This document shows positions 52,457 to 55,731 of a stretch of 55,731 nt of DNA, in pieces. The DNA lies in NCBI RefSeq assembly GCF_041624275.1, contig NZ_JBFJVE010000001.1:1-55731 (forward strand), given 5' to 3'. Below the pieces are notes generated by a model. The model was not told the origin of the DNA, ran no database searches, and saw only the letters and a program-made list of their open reading frames with translations. A program made the translations under genes and the position numbers. The stretch's first letter is position 1; every line of letters begins with the position of its first letter. The stretch is from Shimia sp. GTDB taxonomy: Bacteria; Pseudomonadota; Alphaproteobacteria; Rhodobacterales; Rhodobacteraceae.

Positions 52457-53515
52457 TCAGGCGGCCTCGTGCATCAGGATCGCCGCTTCGCTGGCGCTGA
52501 GGTTGCGCCGGGCATGGGCGCCATAGCTTTCGGGGTCGGCATCCAGTCCGGGCATCGCGCGCATCAGGCGGTCGTGATCGCGCTGCTCCAGCGTCGACAG
52601 CGCCGCACTGGCCGGGTGGAAGCTTTCGGTTTCGACACCGTTGGCCCAGAGGATCTGATGGCGCGGCAGCATCAGGTGGATATAGGTCACCTCGCGCAGG
52701 CTGTAATCGACCGCCACCCCGGCATTGTCGATCAACTCGCGCGCCGCGACCAAGACTTCGGAGGTGTTGAACAGTGCCCGCGCCGCATGGCCGCGCACCA
52801 GCATCCGGTGCCCCGGCGACACCACGAGTTCGCGTTCGGGGCGCGCGATGCCGAAAGCACCGGCGCGTATGCGCACCGGGCGCAGCCTTGGCATCGCGAA
52901 CAGACGGGCCCCCGACATGTGTCGGCGCCCGATCCAGCAGATCTCTTCGGCGCCGTTGTCCTTGGTCTGCACCCTGTCGCCTTCGCGCAGATCCTCGATC
53001 CGGCGCGGGCCCTGGGGGGTGAGAATCTCGGTTCCCGGGGTGAAACAGATGACCCCGCCCCGGCCCGGCTCGCGGGTCTTCAGGACCGCGCCCATGCTGT
53101 GATGCACCACCCACAGATCCTGATTCTGCGGCGGCATCTCGTCGAGGAACATCAGCAGCGGCCGGCTGCCCGCGACCTCGATCACGGTGACCGAATAGCT
53201 CTGCGCGCCATTGGTGACCACGAAGCCGCCGTCCATCAGCGGTTCTTCGATTTCGATCTCTTCGGGCTTGCGACCCGTGTCGATGGCCGCGCCGACCAGC
53301 CGGCGCACCATGCGCGCCGCCCGTTTGCGGATATTGGCCTCGCCTTCCGCCTGATCCAGACTCAACAGGTCCGACGGGCCGTCCACACGCACCGCGTCGC
53401 CACGCCAGGACCACACCACGCCGGTTTCCAGCGCCTCTGTCGGTGCGGCCGCGACACCCTCTATCTCTGTCTGCGACCAAGAGATGACGAACGTGCCTCG
53501 AAAGCCCGTTTTCAT
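52457..53515 (-). CDS. Hint-domain (B-type bacterial intein-like, Hint_2) protein
   Basis: N-terminal MKTGFRGTFVISW domain, then ICFTPGT.I.TP.G...IE.L..GD.V.T.D.G, SP.HR, V.Y.HL....H....ANG..TESF.P. Confidence 0.9.
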   Translation of the reverse strand: MKTGFRGTFVISWSQTEIEGVAAAPTEALETGVVWSWRGDAVRVDGPSDLLSLDQAEGEANIRKRAARMVRRLVGAAIDTGRKPEEIEIEEPLMDGGFVVTNGAQSYSVTVIEVAGSRPLLMFLDEMPPQNQDLWVVHHSMGAVLKTREPGRGGVICFTPGTEILTPQGPRRIEDLREGDRVQTKDNGAEEICWIGRRHMSGARLFAMPRLRPVRIRAGAFGIARPERELVVSPGHRMLVRGHAARALFNTSEVLVAARELIDNAGVAVDYSLREVTYIHLMLPRHQILWANGVETESFHPASAALSTLEQRDHDRLMRAMPGLDADPESYGAHARRNLSASEAAILMHEAA

Positions 53516-53638
53516 TGCCCGGTTACCTGCCAATTGTTCTTATTGCCGATCAGGATACCAGAGGTGATTCGCTGTGAAAAGAGTCCCGTGAAGGAAATGT
53601 GACGGGAACCGGGGGCGGCAGCGCGCCGCCCCCGGCAG

Positions 53639-55731
53639 TCAGGTCTTGAACACGCGGTAGATCGCCGGGATCACCAGCACCGTGAGCAGGGTCGAGCTGA
53701 GCAGGCCGAACAGCAGCGAGATCGCCAGCCCCTGGAAGATCGGATCGAACAGGATCACCCCGGCGCCGATCATCGCCGCCACCGCCGTCAGCAGGATCGG
53801 CTTGAAGCGGATCGCCCCGGCGTCGATCAGGATTTCCAGCTCGGTCTTTCCGGCCCGGTCGGCATGGCGGATGAAATCGACCAGCAGGATCGAGTTGCGC
53901 ACGATGATCCCGGCCAGGGCGATGAAACCGATCATCGAGGGCGCCGAAAATGGCGCCCCCAGCCACCAGTGGCCCAGCATGATGCCAAGAAAGGTCAGCG
54001 GCACCGGGGTCAGCACCACCAGCGGCAGGCGGAACGAGCCGAACTGCGCCACCACCAGGATGTAGATCCCCAAGAGCGCCACCGCAAAGGCCGCCCCCAT
54101 GTCGCGGAAGGTGATCGCCGTGACCTCCCATTCGCCGTCCCACAGCAACGTGGGATGCGACTCATCTGCCGGCTGGCCCATCAGCTTGATCTGCGGCTTC
54201 TGCCCTTGGCTCCAGTCCATCCGGTCCAGCGCATCGGCGACCGCGATCATGCCGTAGAGCGGGCTTTCGTAGCTGCCGGCCAGTTCGGCCATGACCATCT
54301 CGGCGGCGCGGCCGTTGTGGCGGAAGATCGGGAAGGAGGCGCGGCTTTCGACGATCTCGACCACGTCGCCCAGTTCGACCACCCCGCGCGCGCCGGGCAG
54401 CACGTTGGCCGGCACCGGGGTCGACAGAAAGCGTTCGTCGACCACCCTGCCCGCCTTGTCACGCTCGACCCGGATCGGGATCGGGTAGCGGCCCTCGCCG
54501 CGATGCGAATAGCCGACCACCGAACCGTGGTTGAGCAGGGCAAGGGTCGAGAACACATCCTCTTCCTGGACCCCGAAGAACTCGAGCTGATCGGGCAGGA
54601 TGCGGGCCCCGAGCTTGCGCGGCTGAAGGCCGAAACTGTCGTCGACATCGACGATGAAAGCCACGCTTTCAAAGGCCTCGCGAATTTTGCGCGCCGTGGC
54701 GCGGCGACTTTCGCCATCGGGGCCGTAGACCTCGGCCAGCAGGGTCGAGATCACCGGCGGTCCGGGGGGCGGCTCGACGGTCTTGAGGCTGGTGCCCGGC
54801 GGCAGATCGAGCCCGGAAAGCCGGTCGCGGATGTCCAGCGCGATCTCGTGGCTGGTGCGCTCGCGGTGATGCTTGGCATCGAGATTGATCTGCACATCGC
54901 CCAGATGCGGCATTTCCCGCAGGTAATAGTGCCGCACCAGCCCGTTGAAGTTGAAAGGCGCCGCATCGCCGGCATGGGTCTGCACCGACAGCACCTCGGG
55001 CAGGTCCAGCACGCGGCGCGCCACCGCCTGAGCGACGGCATCGGTGTCCTCGACCGAGCTGCCCTCGGGCATGTCGATCACCACCGACAGTTCGGACTTG
55101 TTGTCGAATGGCAAAAGCTTGACCGTCACGTCCTTGGTGTAGAGCATCGACAGGGAACCGAAGGACAGGCCCGCCGCCAGCAGCAGGAACAGGCCCGACC
55201 GCGCCTTGGAGGCCAGAACCGGCGCGGCGACCGCCGCATAGGCCCGCCCGAGGGCGCCACCTGAATGGGCCCTATCGTCGGCGTGGTGGGGCGGCGCCTT
55301 GCCGCTGACCTTGACCATCAGCCAGGGGGTGATGATCACCGCGACGAAGAAGGAAAACACCATCGCCGCCGAGGCATTGACCGGGATCGGGCTCATATAG
55401 GGCCCCATGAGACCGGAAACGAAGAGCATCGGCAGCAGCGCCGCCACCACCGTCAGCGTGGCGACGATGGTCGGGTTGCCGACCTCGGCCACCGCATGAA
55501 TGGCGCGGCTGACCCGGTCTCCCTTGCCGGGCATGCCCCAGTGGCGGGCGATGTTCTCGATCACCACGATGGCATCGTCGACAAGGATGCCGATCGAGAA
55601 GATCAGCGCGAAAAGCGACACCCGGTTCAGCGTGTAGCCAAGGATCCAGGCCGCGAACAGCGTCAGCAGGATGGTGACAGGGATCACGATGGCCACCACG
55701 ATGCTCTCGCGCCAGCCGATGGCGATCAGCA
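53639..55731 (-). CDS. RND efflux transporter permease (AcrB/CzcA superfamily), C-terminal part
   Basis: GILVDDAIVVIENI, GIIVRNSILLVDF, RFKPILLT; the start lies beyond the window end. Confidence 0.93.
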   Translation of the reverse strand, partial: LIAIGWRESIVVAIVIPVTILLTLFAAWILGYTLNRVSLFALIFSIGILVDDAIVVIENIARHWGMPGKGDRVSRAIHAVAEVGNPTIVATLTVVAALLPMLFVSGLMGPYMSPIPVNASAAMVFSFFVAVIITPWLMVKVSGKAPPHHADDRAHSGGALGRAYAAVAAPVLASKARSGLFLLLAAGLSFGSLSMLYTKDVTVKLLPFDNKSELSVVIDMPEGSSVEDTDAVAQAVARRVLDLPEVLSVQTHAGDAAPFNFNGLVRHYYLREMPHLGDVQINLDAKHHRERTSHEIALDIRDRLSGLDLPPGTSLKTVEPPPGPPVISTLLAEVYGPDGESRRATARKIREAFESVAFIVDVDDSFGLQPRKLGARILPDQLEFFGVQEEDVFSTLALLNHGSVVGYSHRGEGRYPIPIRVERDKAGRVVDERFLSTPVPANVLPGARGVVELGDVVEIVESRASFPIFRHNGRAAEMVMAELAGSYESPLYGMIAVADALDRMDWSQGQKPQIKLMGQPADESHPTLLWDGEWEVTAITFRDMGAAFAVALLGIYILVVAQFGSFRLPLVVLTPVPLTFLGIMLGHWWLGAPFSAPSMIGFIALAGIIVRNSILLVDFIRHADRAGKTELEILIDAGAIRFKPILLTAVAAMIGAGVILFDPIFQGLAISLLFGLLSSTLLTVLVIPAIYRVFKT

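Noticed and set aside
48568-53515. Hedgehog-like split system (M15-fold protein plus Hint protein within 4 kb)
   Set aside because: The genes are separated by tyrA, hisC and rpsD in different transcription units, and Hint proteins are numerous in this family, so proximity is likely coincidental.

Overview
High-GC alphaproteobacterial chromosome segment, most likely Rhodobacteraceae/Roseobacter group, judged from gene content and order. The left arm (1-7768) is housekeeping: groEL (partial)-groES with a perfect CIRCE, DUF2161, TraB/GumN, ppaC, HAD hydrolase, MaoC hydratase, ribF, YcgN and threonine aldolase. From 7775 to 30782 lies an uninterrupted ~23 kb aromatic-acid catabolic block. It contains a CoA-dependent beta-oxidative hydroxycinnamate/phenylpropanoid module (CoA ligase, crotonase, SDR, amidohydrolase, acyl-CoA dehydrogenase, DUF3237, MarR, TRAP transporter), a MarR plus 3-hydroxybenzoate 4-hydroxylase (mobA-like), pobA/pobR, and a complete protocatechuate 4,5-(meta)-cleavage pathway. 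That pathway uses a GalB-type hydratase instead of LigJ and a divergent LigAB. Candidate operators for three of its regulators are readable in the DNA. The right arm returns to core genes: prs, H-type lectin, atpHAGDC, gloB, clpA, M23 peptidase, chaC, DUF2125, extensin-like protein, tyrA, hisC, rpsD, a Hint-domain protein and a partial RND pump. It also carries an orphan MotA/ExbB-like plus MotB/OmpA-like pair whose B subunit has a ~500-residue proline-free helical stalk. I found no tRNA, rRNA, CRISPR array, integrase or transposase. The best candidates for under-described biology are the orphan stator-like motor in a peptidoglycan-peptidase neighbourhood, the integrated p-/m-hydroxy-phenylpropanoid funnel into 4,5-cleavage, and a structured rpsD leader carrying an alphaproteobacterial repeat element. 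All product calls come from motif and sequence recognition by eye; no database searches were run.
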